DNA from: Mobula hypostoma
Taxonomy: Eukaryota
DNA length: 64,000 nucleotides
Direction of reading: 5' to 3'
Assembly (NCBI RefSeq): GCF_963921235.1
Contig: NC_086108.1
Span: 93,312,001-93,376,000 of the forward strand
Positions 1-13,637 of the stretch are shown piece by piece (position 1 is the stretch's first letter; every line of letters begins with the position of its first letter). The position numbers were made by a program, and so were the translations under genes. Under the pieces are notes generated by a model. That model had not been told where the DNA came from and searched no databases. It was given only the letters and a program-made list of their open reading frames with translations.

Positions 1-339
1 AGTCACTGATTTAGCCGAGAGAAGTCTGTAAGGCACAGCACCAACTAATGCAATTTCTCAACGTTAATTTATGCTGCAGTTAGACGAGTAGTTGATGAGG
101 CTGAACTTGAAATATCGAGAGCAATATTTGTCACCCTGTCACAGGAAAGACATTGTTAAGGAGAGAGGGTGCAGAAGAGATTTAGAAGGATGCTGCCTGG
201 ACTGGAGGGCTGGTAAGTTGTGAGTATATTATGTTGATGCTGGAAGCATGGTGATATTTGCAGGCTGCCCCCAACCATCAATTTGACACAAACAGCATAT
301 TTCACTGAATGTTTTGATGTTTTGCTGTGCAGACAATGA

Positions 340-913
340 ACAAGAATCCTCATCACAGCCTGTTCTGGAAACGCCAATGCTCTTGAATGGAAAATCCTAC
401 AAAAAGTAGTGGATATGGCCCAGTCTATCATGGGTAAAGCCCTCCCCACCACTGTGCACATCGATGTGAAACACTATTGCAGGAAAGCAGATCCATCAGC
501 AGGGACCCCTACCACCCTGGCCCTGCTCTCTTCTCGCTGCTGCCATCAGGAAGAACATACAGGAGTCTCAGGACTCACATCATCAGGTTCAGGTACAGTT
601 ATTACCCCTCAACCATCAGGTTCCCGAACCAAAGGGGATAACTTCACTCAACTTCACTTGCCCCATCATTGAAATGTTACCACACCAATAGACTCACTTT
701 CAAAGACTCTTCACCTCTTGTTCTCAATATCTACGCTTATTTATTTATTGTTAATATTTCCTTTTGTATTTGCACGCTGGCTGAATGTCCAAGTTGCTGC
801 GAACTTTCATTGATTCTGTTATGGTTAGTATTTTATGGACTTATTCAGTGTGTGCACAAGAAAACAAATCTGAGGGTTGTATATGGTGGAATACATGTAC
901 TTTGAACTTTGAA
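340..913 (+). mobile_element. Rex1/Babar-like LINE 3' fragment
   Basis: Degraded C-terminal ORF (LQKVVDMAQSIMGKALP) and 3' UTR ending in (CTTTGAA) repeats. Similar to other copies in the window. Confidence 0.65.
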
Positions 914-2144
914 AGACAGCTTATAACATGACTTACCAACACACCCATTCAAAGTACTTTATTGAAATTTTTAAAAAGCAGGTTGCTGGTGACAGTTTTA
1001 GCACAACACTTCTTTCCATGAGAATCAGAGAGCTTGTGTGAGATACAATAGAATATTTGTAACTATTGGACTCCAGTAGTTCCCTGTTTGACAACATTAG
1101 GCAGTATTTCCAATGTGGGAAATGTTTACAAAACAGCAAACTCAGACCCCTTTGCATTCAAACAAGCTGCCCATTAAACAGTCAGTGAGGCCTCCCCATT
1201 CTCCAGCACTGTGGAGTTAGTGGCAGCCAACTTTACGTCATTGTTTCATGGTCCACCGTTCTCATTATCACAAACCTTTCTGGCAAGTGTGCATGTGCTA
1301 AGCCAGCCGGCTGAATGCCAAGCCTAAGTTCCAAACTGCTGGCTGATTAGACAGCTTTGGCAGAAAGCAAGCTACAAACCAAGGCTCCTGAAAGGAATGT
1401 AGATCTGTTAACAGCAGATAAGTAAATGTCGATAGGGGACGGACTGTCAATGTTACTCATACAGCAGGTCCAGGGATCAGCAGCTCATGAAAGTGATTGG
1501 CAGGAAAGTGATCAGGAAAATATGCAGGTTGCTAGGGCAGAGAATGGGAAATTGTGTAAATGGGGCTGCTGCTTTACAAGTGCTGACAGACCCTACATAA
1601 ACCATGCATGGCTCTGGCTGGTACAGCACTCACACCCTATTTCTAAAGCGTATGACCAACTATTGCCTGTCTCACAATTATTCCACTTGGACTATTTTGC
1701 TATTGAGACTGATAAGAGGGAGAGTGTTTATGGTCACATGGAGTGTTAACAGAATTATCACTGTAGAAAATATACTTTCTCTGACTTTACTGTTTGTAAT
1801 GGAGCAATACAGAGGGACCACCAAGTTAACCCTTAAAATGCCAGAAACAACTGAACACAAACACAGCATATGCTGCATATTCATAAAATACTTGCTAATG
1901 AGGTAACTGGTGAATCATTATAACAGAATGGAACGGCATTTGGAATATTGTAAGGAAGTGCATGACCATAGTGTAGGGAACTCAAAGTTCAAAGTATATT
2001 TACCATATTTTTTACAGAAAAAATGTTATTAATAAAGTATTTTGTTGTATTTCTTGTTTTGTTAACCACCAGTAAGTTGTTGCTCGCCCTCAGTAATGCC
2101 ATCTTAAACCGGAACACTAAGCTAGAAGGAAAAAAGATGTAGAC

Positions 2145-4107
2145 CAGTGTTCCCAAACTTTTTTAGACCAACACCCCCCCCCCCCCAAAGCACTATTATA
2201 CTTGCCAAAGCCCTGCTAACGCACCTTCATACTGGTCAATGCCCCTCTTAGGCACAATATACTTTCCCATGCCCTGTAGTGAATAAACATGTCTACCATA
2301 TACTAACATGAGAAAAATGATTCTGCTTTAAATTTTTATTTATCTTTAAACCTGGCTCACACAGTACCCGTGCACTGTACAACAGCTTCGATATCAATGT
2401 GATCTTTGAGCTTAATGGGTTTTAGCAAGAGTTGAAATATCTGGTTAAAGTTGTGACAGCAAAAGCCTTAAGTCCCTATGCATAACAATGTCCAAGCAGT
2501 TTCTGTTTTTTTGTGAGTACATGTCTCAGTGCATTCAAGCCTCTTTCAACAGTGTAGGAGAATGGAAATGCAATAAAGAGCAGTTTGGCTCCTCTCCGAT
2601 GATCGGGAAACTTAGTATGACAGTGTAGCCACATACCACAAAAGACAACATTTTTGAAAAGCATTTTTGTTTCTTCATCATTCTGAATTTTTATAATTTC
2701 TTCATGCAAGCTCTCTTTCTGTTCTTCCACCTTGCAAAGAAATGGGTTAATTGCCCATTCTGGAATTTCCAGATGATTCAAGACCTTGAATCGATTCTGA
2801 AAATCCTTCTTCAGTGACTGCAGGTGTAAACAGTACTCTTGCAAATCACGTCTGTGAAAAACAGTGCCATACTTTCCATGCACGGAAACTATGAGAACAT
2901 TCTGCTCCCTATATTTTGCTTATATACAGTATTTCCAATTTTCCAATAAAAGTGGACATTGCACTTTTTGCTTGGATTAAATTGAAATTCTAGCCCTGCA
3001 GTTTCATATTTAAAATGTTCATTTTGTCATACAGATCAACCAGGTATGCCACATCTCCATGTAGAAGTTCAATCTTGTTTCCCGAGCTCTTGTCCACTTT
3101 GAGCAAAAACTCAACCACTGTGTCAAAAAGATCAAAGAAACATTTTTAGCAGCAGCCTTTTGACAGCCAATGCACTTAGTGTGAAGAAGCAAGCGTTCAA
3201 GCTCCTCATCGATATCTTGTCATAACTGGAGAAAAATTCTGCTAGTAAATGGATAAGCTTTGATTTCGTTGATTGCAGATATTACAAGTGTCATGCTTAA
3301 GCCAAGTCATTAGCAGAGGTTCTTGGTTGTGAGAAGTTGAAGATGAATTACACAATGGACTGCAAACAGACTTGGAATTTCATTTTTCATAGATGCCATT
3401 AAACTGGCACGGCGACCTGTCATATATGGTGCTCCATTTGTTGCACAGGAGATTATGTTCCTATTTGGAGTACAGGTACTTTTATCCTCAGGATACAGTT
3501 TGAGCTCATTGTAGATTGATTCTCCATTGATATTTGTTCTTAACTTTTTACGAAAGAGAATCTCTTCATAAACTTTCCAGTTTTGATAAACCGTACATAT
3601 GCCATTAGCAAAGTCTCATTCCATCTATTTCGCCATTCGGTTTGGGCCAGCGCTGCATCATTGCGTGACCTGTTTTCCGTAGATCTGTAGAGAAAATTGA
3701 GAGGGCGTACTTGACTTACCAACTGTTAAATTGAATGAACTCGTTCCATGCTGCAAGTCAAGGGGAACTGTTGGGCACCTTGGTTGCTAATTTATGTATC
3801 CCCAATAACGTATGTTTGCTTGGTAAGGTTGGATGAGATTGCCGAGTTTCAGGCACATTGTGACATCCTGTGCTCGCCACCTGGAGATTTATAGATCTTC
3901 CTGCGTTCCAGTTCCTCATCCTTTTGTTTAGAAGTGTCTACTCTACTAATGGTCGATCAGGTCTCATGCCTCAAACTAGGGTGCTGCTTACTGCACCTCC
4001 CCCCAAGAATCTTGAACGCCCCCGACGATTCCTATTTCCCCTAAAGCCTCCTTAAGACACATAACTGTCCCCTTGGGAGGCAGCACTATCCCCACTGGGA
4101 ATCACTG
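2145..4107 (-). mobile_element. hAT (Charlie/Buster-like) DNA transposon, degraded
   Basis: TIRs CAGTGTTCCCA (2145) and TGGGAATCACTG (ends 4107). Minus-strand transposase remnants CATNGAPYMTG, VHCVIH and hATC-like AFPFSYTVERG (ORF 2476-2883), with stops and frameshifts. Confidence 0.8.
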
Positions 4108-4119
4108 ACTATTTAATTT

Positions 4120-5315
4120 AGAATAATTTCTAAACAGGGAGCAAATTCAGAAATCAGAGATGCAAGTAGACTTGGGAGTCCTCATGCAGGATTCCCTAAA
4201 AGTAAACTTGTAGGTTAAGTCAGTGGTAAAGAAGGCAAATGTAACATTAGCATTCATTTCAAGAGGACTAGAATATTAAAAGGAAGGATGTAAAGCTGAG
4301 GCTTTATAAGGCATTGATCAGACTGCACTTGAAGTATTGTGAGCAGTTCTGGGCCCCTTATCAAAAGATAGTGGACACCTACATGCTCTCTCCTCACTGC
4401 TGCCATCAGAAGGAGGTACAGGAGTCTTAGATCCCACACAACCTGGTTCAGTATATTGTTACCGCTCAATCATCAGGCTCCTGACCCAAACTGGATAACT
4501 TCAGTCACTCCAACACTGGAAAGACTCTGTAACCTATGGGCTCATTTTTAAGAATTCTACTACTCATGTTGTCGATATTATTTATTTATTTGTTTGTTTG
4601 TTTCTTTGTTTATTTATTATTTTGCTTTTGTTTTTGTATTTGTGCAATTTGTTGTCTTTTGCACATTGGCTGTTTGTAGGTCTTTGTGTGTAGTTTTTCA
4701 TTGATACTACTGTGTTTCTTTGTATTTACTATCAATGACTGCAAGACAAGGAATCTCAGGGTAGTATAATGTGACATACATGTACTTTGATAATAAATTT
4801 ACTTTGACTTTTGAACTTACCTAAGAAAGGATGTGCTGGTATTGGAGAGATTTCAGAGGAGGTTCATGAGAATGATCCTGGGAATGAAAGGGTTAACATT
4901 TGAGGCGTGTTTGGGCCTGTACTTGCTGGTGTTGAGAAGAATGAAGGGGGCTCTCATTGAAACTTGTTAAATATTGAAAGGTCTAGACAGAGTAGACTTA
5001 GTTATTTCCTATAGTGGGAAGTCGAGGACCAGACGGCAAAATCTCAGAATAGAAGGACATCCCTTTAGAACAGAGATGAGGAGGAATTTCTTTCACCAGA
5101 GGGTGGTGAATCTAAGGAATTCATTGCCACAGTCAACTGTGGAGACCCAGTCATTGGGTATATTTAAAGCAGAGGTTGAGAGTTTCTTGATTAGTAGTGG
5201 TATTAAAGGTTATGGGGAGAAAACAGGAGAATGGAGTTGAGGGGAATAATAAACCATTAAATAAAATATTAAATGGTGGAGCAGTCTCAATTGGTGAAAT
5301 GGCCAAAAGCTGCCC
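4120..5315 (+). mobile_element. CR1 LINE 3' fragment interrupted by a Rex1-like 3' fragment (~4370-4815)
   Basis: CR1 C-terminal motifs (FRTEMRRNFFHQRVVN). The CR1 frame breaks at ccccttatc and resumes at cttacctaagaaagg. Confidence 0.75.
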
Positions 5316-5858
5316 CTCAGTCGTATGCTTCACAAGACCATTAACAGTTAACCAAATTAACAGTGGGTCTATATTCCTTGTACATGAGTACCATCCCTAT
5401 TAAAATAAGGCAGAACTTCACAGTCACCTATTTCTCTCCACACCTATTTAAATAATTATCTGATTCCAAATTCTCCCAGTGAAGTGGTGAGATATAAACT
5501 TATGTCAATGGCACATTAACCCATGCCTCTGAATTACCGACCCAATCATATGGCCCTATGTTACCAGAAATAAGGCTTTCCTAACAATTCACCCTTAGGT
5601 TTCAGCATTTTATGAACAAGATTAAATGGGAGCTAAATAATCAAGCTGTTTAATTTCATGCTGTTTGTGACCAATTGGATTCTTGCAGTAAGTGTTATAA
5701 GATTGACTTATAGGTTGCAAAAGTAAATGTATTATCAGAGTGCATGCATGTCACCACATACAACCGTGAGATTCATTTTCCTGCAGGCATACTCAGCAAA
5801 TCTATAGAATATTAACTATAACAGGATCAATGAAAGATCAACTAGAATGCAGAAGACA

Positions 5859-8086
5859 ACATAGAAACATAGAAACATCGAAAACCTACAGCTCAGTACA
5901 GGCCCTTCGGCCCACAGTGCTGTGCTGAACGTGTACTTAGAAATTACCCAGGATTACCCATAGCCCTTTATTTTTCTAAGCTCCATGTAAGAGACCCCAG
6001 GAGTCTCTTAAAAGACCCTATCATATCCGCCTCCACCACTGTTGACAGCAGCCCATTCCACGCACTCACCACTCTCTGCGTAAAAAAACTTACCCCTGAC
6101 ATCTCCTCTGTACCTGCTTCCAAGCACCTTAAATCTGTGCCCTCTCATGTTAGCCTGGGAAAAAGCCTCTGACTATCCACACGATCAATGCCTTTCATCA
6201 TCTTATATACCTCTATCGGGTCACCTCTCATCCTTCGTCACTCCAAGGAGAAAAGGCCACGTTCACTGAACCTATTCTCATAAGGCATGCTCCCCAATCC
6301 AGGCAACATCCTTGTAAATCTCCTCTGCACCCTTTCTGGTGACTAGAACTGAGCACAGTACTCCAAGTGTCCAGGGTCCTATATAGCTGTAACATTACTT
6401 CTCAGCTCTTGAACTCAATCCCACGGTTGATGAAGGCCAATACACCGTATGCCTTCTTAACCACAGACTTAACCTGCATGCAGCTTTGAGTGTCCTATGG
6501 ATTCAGATGCCAAAATCCCTCAGATCCTCCACACTGCCAAGAGTTTTACTATTAATACTATATTCTGCCATCATATTTGACCAACCAAAATGAACCACCT
6601 CACAGTTACCTGGGTTGAACTCCATCTGCCACTTCTTAGCCCAGTTTTGCATCCTATCAATGTCCCACTGTAACCTCCGACAGCCCTCCACACTATCCAC
6701 AACACCCCCAACCTTTGTGTCATCAGCAAATTTACTAACCCATCCCTCCACTTCCTCATCCAGGTCATCTATAAAAATCACGAAGAGTAGGGGTCCCAGA
6801 ACAGATCCCTGAGGCACACCACTGGTTACCGAACTCCATGCAGAATATGACCCATCTACAACCACTCTTTGCCTTCTGTGGGCAAGCCAATTCTGGATCC
6901 ACAAAGCAAAGTACCCTTGGATCCCATGCCTCCTTACTTTCTCAATAAGCCTTGCATGGGGTACTTCATCCAATGCCTTGCTGAAATCCATATACACTGC
7001 TCTGACTTCATCAATTTGTTTAGTCACCTCCTCAAAAAATCTAATCAGGCTTGTGAGGCATGACCTGCCTTTGACAAAGCCATGCTGACTATTCCTAATC
7101 ATATTATGCCTCTCCAAATGTTCATAAATCCTGTCTCTCAGGATCTTCTCCATTAACTTACCAACCATTGAAGTAAGACTCACTGGTCTATAATTTTCTG
7201 GGCTATCTCTACTACCTTTCTTGAATAAGGGAACAACATCTGCAACCCTCCGATCCTCCAGAACCTCTCCCATCCCCATTGGTGATGCAAAGATCATTGC
7301 CAGAGGCTCAGCAATCTCCTCCCTCACCTCCCACAGTAGACTGCGGTTCATCTCATCCGGTCCCAGAGACTTGTCCAACTTGATGCTTTCCAATAGCTCC
7401 AGCACATCCTCTTTCTTAATGTCTATTTGCTCAAGCTTTCCAATCCGCTGTAAGTCATCCCTACAATCACGAAGATCCTTTTCCATAGTGAATACTTAAG
7501 CAAAGTATTCATTAAGTACCTCTGCTATCTCCTCTGTTTCCATACACATTTTTCCACTGTCACACTTGATTGGTCCTATTCTCTCATGTCTTCTCCTCTT
7601 ACTCTTCATATACTTGTAGAATGCCTTGGGGTTTTCCTTAATCCTGTTCGCCAAGGCGTTCTCATGGCCCCTTCTGGCTCTCCTAATTTCATTCTTAAAG
7701 TCCTGCCTGCTAGCCTTATAATCTTCTAGATCTCTATCATTATCTCATTTTTGAACCTTTTATAAGCTTTTCTTTTCTTCTTGACCAGATTTTCAACAGC
7801 CTTTGTACACCATGGTTCCTGTACCCTAACATCCTTTCCCTGTCTCATTGGAACGTACCTATGCAGAACGCCAGGCAAATATCCCCTGAACATTTACCAC
7901 ATTTCTGCCAAATATTTCCAAAAACATCTGTTCCCAATTTATGCTTCCAAATTCCTACCTGATAGCTTTATATTTTGCCTTACTCCAATTAAACGCTTTC
8001 CTAACTTATCTGTTTCTACCCCTCTCCAATGCTATGGTTAAGGAGATAGAATTGTGATCATTATCTCCAAAATGCTCTCCCACTAC
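5859..8086 (-). mobile_element. CR1 LINE, 5'-truncated (RT domain)
   Basis: ORF 6503-7486 with [21 protein letters not shown] and FADD. (CATAGAAA)n tail at 5859-5885. Nested in a Rex1-like element. Confidence 0.92.
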
Positions 8087-8851
8087 AAGCCTGTGCAAAT
8101 GCAAATACAAATAAATAGCAATAAATAATGAGAATATGAAATAACAAGATAAAGAACCCTTAAGGTGATATCATTGGAACATCTCAATAGATGGGCAAGT
8201 GAGTGCAGTTATCCGCTTTTGTTCCAGAGCCTGATGGTTGAGGGGTAGTCACTGTTCTTGAACCTAGTGAAGTGAGTCTTGAGGCTCTTGTCCTTTCTGT
8301 CCGATGGCAGCAATGAGAAAAGAGCATGGCCTGGGTGGTGAGCATATCTGATGATGGATGCTGCTTTCCAATGATAGCATCTCATGTAGATGTGCTCAAT
8401 GGTTTGGAAGGCTTTATCCATGATGTACTGGGCTGAATCAACTACCTTTTGTAGGATTTTCCGTACAAAGACATTGGTGCTTCCATACCAGGCAGCCAGT
8501 CAATACACTCTCCACTACACATCTATAGAAATTTGTCAAAGTCTGCCAAATCTCTACAGGCTCCTAAGGAGGTAGTGACGTTACTGTGCTTTCTTTGCAA
8601 TTGTATTTATGTGCTGGGCCCAGGATGGGTCCTCTGTAATAGTAACACCCAGGAATTTAAAGTTGCTGACCCTCTCCACCTCTGATCCTATGATGAGAAT
8701 TGGCTCATTGACCTCTGGTTTCCCTCTCCTGAAGTCTACAATCAGTTCCCTGGTCTTGCTGACAGTGAGTGCAGAAGTTGTTGTAATGATATCTCTCAGC
8801 CACGTTTTCAACTTCCCTCCTGTATGCTGATTGATCACCGCCTTTTATTCA
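8087..8851 (-). mobile_element. Rex1-like LINE fragment (continues at ~5700-5858 and ~10401-10590)
   Basis: SKTRELIVDFRR..VERVSNFKFLG (ORF 8581-8838) and KFADDTTVVG (ORF 10400-10597). Confidence 0.8.
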
Positions 8852-10400
8852 CCTGAGGGAATTGGCAGAGGTTATAGCAGACGCGTTGGTAATCACCTAT
8901 CAAAATTCTCTAAACTCTGGGCAGGTCCCAGTGGATTGGAAGACAGCAAATGTCACGCCACTTTTTAAAAAAGGATGTAGGCAAAAGAAGGGCAACTATA
9001 GGCCAGTTAGCTTAACATCTGTAGTCGAGAAAATGCTTGAAACTGTCATTAAGGAAGAAATAGCGAAACATTTAAAAAGGAGTGGTTCCATTAGACAGAC
9101 GCAGCATGGATTCAGAAAGGGCAGGTCCTGTTTGACAAACTTACTGGAGTTCTTTGAGGACATAATGAGTGCAGTGGATAGAGGGGAACAGGTAGATGTC
9201 GTATACTTGGATTTCCAGAAGGCATTCGATAAGGTGCCGCACAAGAGACCTATAAATAAGATACAGATGCATGGAGTTGGAGGTAGTGTAGTGGGATGGA
9301 TAGTGGATTGGTTAACCAATAGAAGACAGAGAGTTGGTATAAATGAGTGTTTCTCCGGTTGGCAGTCGGTGGTGAGTGGGGTGCCGCAGGAGTCGGTGCT
9401 GGGCCTGCAGCTGTTTACCATTTGCAATGATGATTTGGAAGAGGGGACTGAGTGTAGTGTAGCAAAATTTGCTGATGACACTAAACTGAGTGGGAAAGCA
9501 AATTGTACAGAGGAGGTGGAGAGTCTGCAGAGGGATAAAGATAGGTTAAGTGAGTGTGCCAAGGTCTGGCAGATGGAATACAACATTGATAAATGCGAGA
9601 TCATCCACTTTGGAACAAATAATAGAAGAGCAGATTATTATTATTTAAATGGTGAAAGATTGCAGCATGCTGTTGTGCAGAGGGACTTGGGAGTGCTTGT
9701 GCATGAATTGCAAAAAGTTGGCTTGCAGGTACAACAGGTTATTAAGAAGGCAAACGGAATGTTGGCTTTCATTGTTAGAGGGATTGAATTCAAGAGCAGG
9801 GAGGTCACGCTGCAACTATACAGGGTACTGGTGAGGCCGCACCTGGAGTACTGTGAGCAGCTCTGGTCTCCATACTTGAGGAAGGATATACTGGCTTTGG
9901 AGGCAGTGCAGAGGAGGTTTACCAGGTTGATTCCAGAGATGAAGGGGTTAACCTATGAGGAGAGATTGAGTCGCCTGGGACAATACTCTCTGGAATTCAG
10001 AAGAATTAGAGGGGATCTTATAGAAACATACAAAATTTTGAAAGGGATAGATAAGATAGAAGTAGGAAAGTCGTTTCCATTGGTAGGTGAGACTAGAACT
10101 AGGGGACTTTGCCTCAAGATTCAGGGGAGAAGATTTAGGACAGAGATGAAGAGAAACTGTTTTTCCCAGAGAGTGGTGAATTCTCTGCCCAGGGAAGTAG
10201 TTGAGGCTTCTTCACTAAATATATTTAAGATACAGTTAGATAGATTTTCACATAGTAGGGGAATTAAGGGTTATGGGGAAAAGGCAGGAAGATGGAGCTG
10301 ACTTTACCCACAGATCAGCCATGATCTTATTAAATGGCAGGGCAGGCTCGATGGGCCAGATGGCCGACTCCTGCTCCTATTTCTTATGTTCTTATGTTCT
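8852..10400 (+). mobile_element. Young 5'-truncated CR1 LINE with an open 479-codon RT/C-terminal frame
   Basis: NYRPVSLTS, YLDFQKAFDKV, KFADDTK and RPHLEYC. (TTCTTATG)n tail at 10380-10400. Confidence 0.95.
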
Positions 10401-11589
10401 TATTTTATATGGCCCACAACAGTGGTGTCATCAGCAAACTTGAACATAGCACTGGAGCTGTGCTTAGCCATACAGTCATAGGTGTCAAATGAAGGAGCAA
10501 AGCACATAGCCCTGAGGTACATCGGTGCTGATGGAGATTGTGGAGGAGATGTTTCTGCCAATCCAAATTGACTAGCATCTGGAAGTAACTTACACAATGA
10601 TTACGGTTCTCTGAACACTCAACGTTCCACTCAATGTCACTTCTATCCTAGAAGGAGTGAGTTTTTAGACTACAGAGGTCAACCTCAGACTTTGTGTTCT
10701 ATGGGACCTTCACACATGAAGAGTAAGTACTGGAAATTCTTATATTCCCTAACTAATGTTTATGAACCTTGCATTTTCAAAATGAGCGTTTAATACTGAC
10801 CAATTATAGGCAAAAGACCAATAGCCACCACTACTATTTCAGAAGATTATCATTATCCTTTATTATCACCAATAATTTTAAAGTGATGCTTTGAATACCA
10901 ACACTGTTTGGGAATGGGATTAAAGTAGTTATTTCCTTGGCATTTGGCATTGACTAAATGGGCTGAATGGTGTCAGTTTCTATGGTTTTGTAAGTGGAAG
11001 ATTAAGCAGGTGAATCCTGTTAAAGGCTGATAATATCCAACCCATTTTTGTATTCCAGTCACGTGATCATCTCCTCTTCCACTGTTCACCATCCTGTGCC
11101 ACATTGTCCCCTTCTGCATAGGGGAAGGGTGGTGCAAAAAGCAAACTGATCAAGATGTTAGCCATCAGCCAAAGCTTATCCTTGGTCATCGACCTTTTTG
11201 GTCCTTCAGTGGCACATTTTGAGCCACAATACCCTTTGTGACTGGAATCACAGATATTAGACACACTACCATTAGCTTTGTCTTACCGGCTTAGCAAGGC
11301 CTCCGTGAGAACAACTAGCTCCATTAGGGACTCTGAGATGTCCCAGACCAAACCGGAGAGCACATTGTGCTTATATATCCAGAGCCTTAATCTAACACTG
11401 GGTTTTGCCATTTCTCTTTCACTAGGATGGCTTTTTCTTGGCTTGGAATATTGGCAAATGCTAAAGGATTAAATAGTGAAAACATATCATTCCTATCTTC
11501 CTAAATTAAGATGTGGAAATTAGGAACCAATTAAGCCATTTGATATATACCATGAAAATTAAACGTGTATCATTTTTGAAGAGTAAATT

Positions 11590-11838
11590 TTATTTGATGC
11601 AAAATTTACGCCTAGGTAATACGGTTTGGAAAACTACCGTGTCATACGGTTGCCTGTATGATATAAGCAATTGCTCTGGAATGATCTGGATCAGTGTGAA
11701 TCCACCCAAGGCACTAATCTCAGCATTGTAGAACTGCAGCCAGCTTTCCGGAATGTCCTTCTTGTGTGCTGTGGACTTGTCAACGATACTCCCACTTCCG
11801 CTAACGATGTATGCCGGCCCGTCATCCTCGCGAATAAA
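11590..11838 (-). CDS. ACP5: ACP5-like coding exon 6 (terminal): FIREDDGPAYIVSGSGS...LGGFT...FQTVLPRRKFCIK*
   Basis: Branch point CTAAC followed by tttgccctgcag| acceptor. 249 nt to TAA. Resembles the TRAP C-terminus (YxxSGxG, LGGF, TxLPRR). Confidence 0.95.
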   Translation of the reverse strand, partial: FIREDDGPAYIVSGSGSIVDKSTAHKKDIPESWLQFYNAEISALGGFTLIQIIPEQLLISYRQPYDTVVFQTVLPRRKFCIK

Positions 11839-13637
11839 CTGCAGGGCAAAGCGGAATGTGTTAGTGCGGTGCATTTCATATTTCAGTAACACTTGAGTAA
11901 TATTGTATGATTAAGCATTCTTTATTTGTTTAAATAATTCATTATGGTTATATGTACGAAGTGTGTGAACTGCATATGTCATCACATCACCGCTTCATAC
12001 ATTTATGTTTTGCTGAATGTAAAACTGAAATTAACATACACTCATTCTGAACTCTTCTGATTTCATTTCAATTAGTTTTATGTTTTGGAGTTACAAAACT
12101 TAACACTGGTGACAAGATATTTTTAAAACAAACCTAAGATAACTATCTACCTGTTGACGAGCAGTGAAATGTTTGAGTTTTAAAAAATGCAGCACTGGAT
12201 GTGTCTCTTCGGAAGGGAGAGCGAGCGAGGTGGTCAAGTCTTATAAAAAGGCAGAAAATGGATAATTCATAGGTTCATAAACAGTGAATACTGAGTGATA
12301 ATAATCATAATTTTCTAATAAAGTAGGAATGGCTGACCACATCTGAAAGATTGACATGTTCAAATGCACAAGAGACAACTGGATTTCACATACTAAGCAA
12401 ATTAAGCAGTAATTAAACCAAATGAGATAGCTAATGAGAAATAAGTACCAGCTTTGCTGAGTGCATTGAGTTTAAAAGCATACGGTTTCCTTAAAAGTTT
12501 GACTGTTCCGACCAAACCGGATGAAATGAACTTTGCTGATATCTTGAAAATAATACAGAAACATTTAGAACTGAAACCATTGTTGACTGCAGAATGCTTT
12601 AGCGTTCATAAGTGGAATCAAAAGGAAGGGGAGTCCATTTTAGCATACATGGCTGAATTGAAGAAGTTGTCTCAGCATTTTCTGTTCAGTGATGGGCTTA
12701 ATGATACACTGAGAGATCATTTAGATAGTGGAATCTAACAAGAAAGCATTCAAAAACAGCTCCTAGCTGATGCACAGCTCACATTTAAAAGAGTATTTGA
12801 AATTGCAGTATCAATGGAAACAGCAGACAGAGATGCAATGGAGTTGCAGTCAGGAATGAAAGTGAATGTGAACAAAACTGAAGCATCTCGATGGAGGCCT
12901 GTCTGGCCAAATAAATTGTGCTACCATTGTGGTACAGGCTCCCATACACCAGACTAAAGCATGTTCAAAGGCAAAAGATACAGAAAATGCAACAAAGTAG
13001 GACACATACAAAGAGCATGTCAGGCAAACAAGAATAAATGGACTGCACAGGGAAGAGAAAAAGATAAAAAGTCAAGTTGCAGTTTGAAAGAGACTACCAA
13101 TCTGCATGCTTTTGCTGAAAAGTCTGATAATGATGAGAGTGATACAGGATTGAGTAGTCTTGAGATTTACAATGTGAAAACTAACATACAAGAAATGTGG
13201 CTTACACCAGAAATGAATGGCAAATTAATTAAAATGAAATTTTAAAAAGCTCAGCTCTTTCAGTCATTCCACAAAATGAGTTTGAATGCCATTTCAAGGA
13301 TACTGAACTGAAGTCTACAGATATCCAATTAAGAATTTATATTGGAGAAAAGGTAACTCCTGTGGGAATGACAGTTGTAACAGGGAAATACAACATTCAG
13401 TGAGTAGCTGGTGAGCTCGATCACATGGAGATTGAAGAAATTATTTCCAAAGTTGAGTGGAACCCATGGGCAATGCCATTGGTCCCAGAAGCCAAGAAGA
13501 ATGGGTCTGCCAGGATCTTTGGTGATTTTAAAGTCACCGTCAACCTAGTGCTGAAAGTAGATCAATACCCTCTGTTCAGGATAGAGGATATCTTTGTAAA
13601 CCTTTCTGGAGGAAAACTCTTCAGCCAGGTGAACTTA

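Noticed and set aside
1426..1906. ORFs of 100-107 aa as coding exons (e.g. F3)
   Set aside because: No recognisable domain, tissue-factor similarity or convincing splice-site pair.
2476..3722. ZBED5/SCAND3-like gene
   Set aside because: Multiple stops and frameshifts inside TIRs; a transposon relic.
8862..10301. 479-aa open RT frame as a domesticated gene or novel RT system
   Set aside because: It is a 5'-truncated CR1 with its microsatellite tail, no ATG start, and substitutions at conserved residues (QGS>QES, W>C). A young dead copy explains it.
11593..11604. C-terminal FCIK as a CAAX prenylation or peroxisomal targeting signal
   Set aside because: Cys is third from the end rather than fourth, the tripeptide is not PTS1-like, and the protein is predicted to be secretory.
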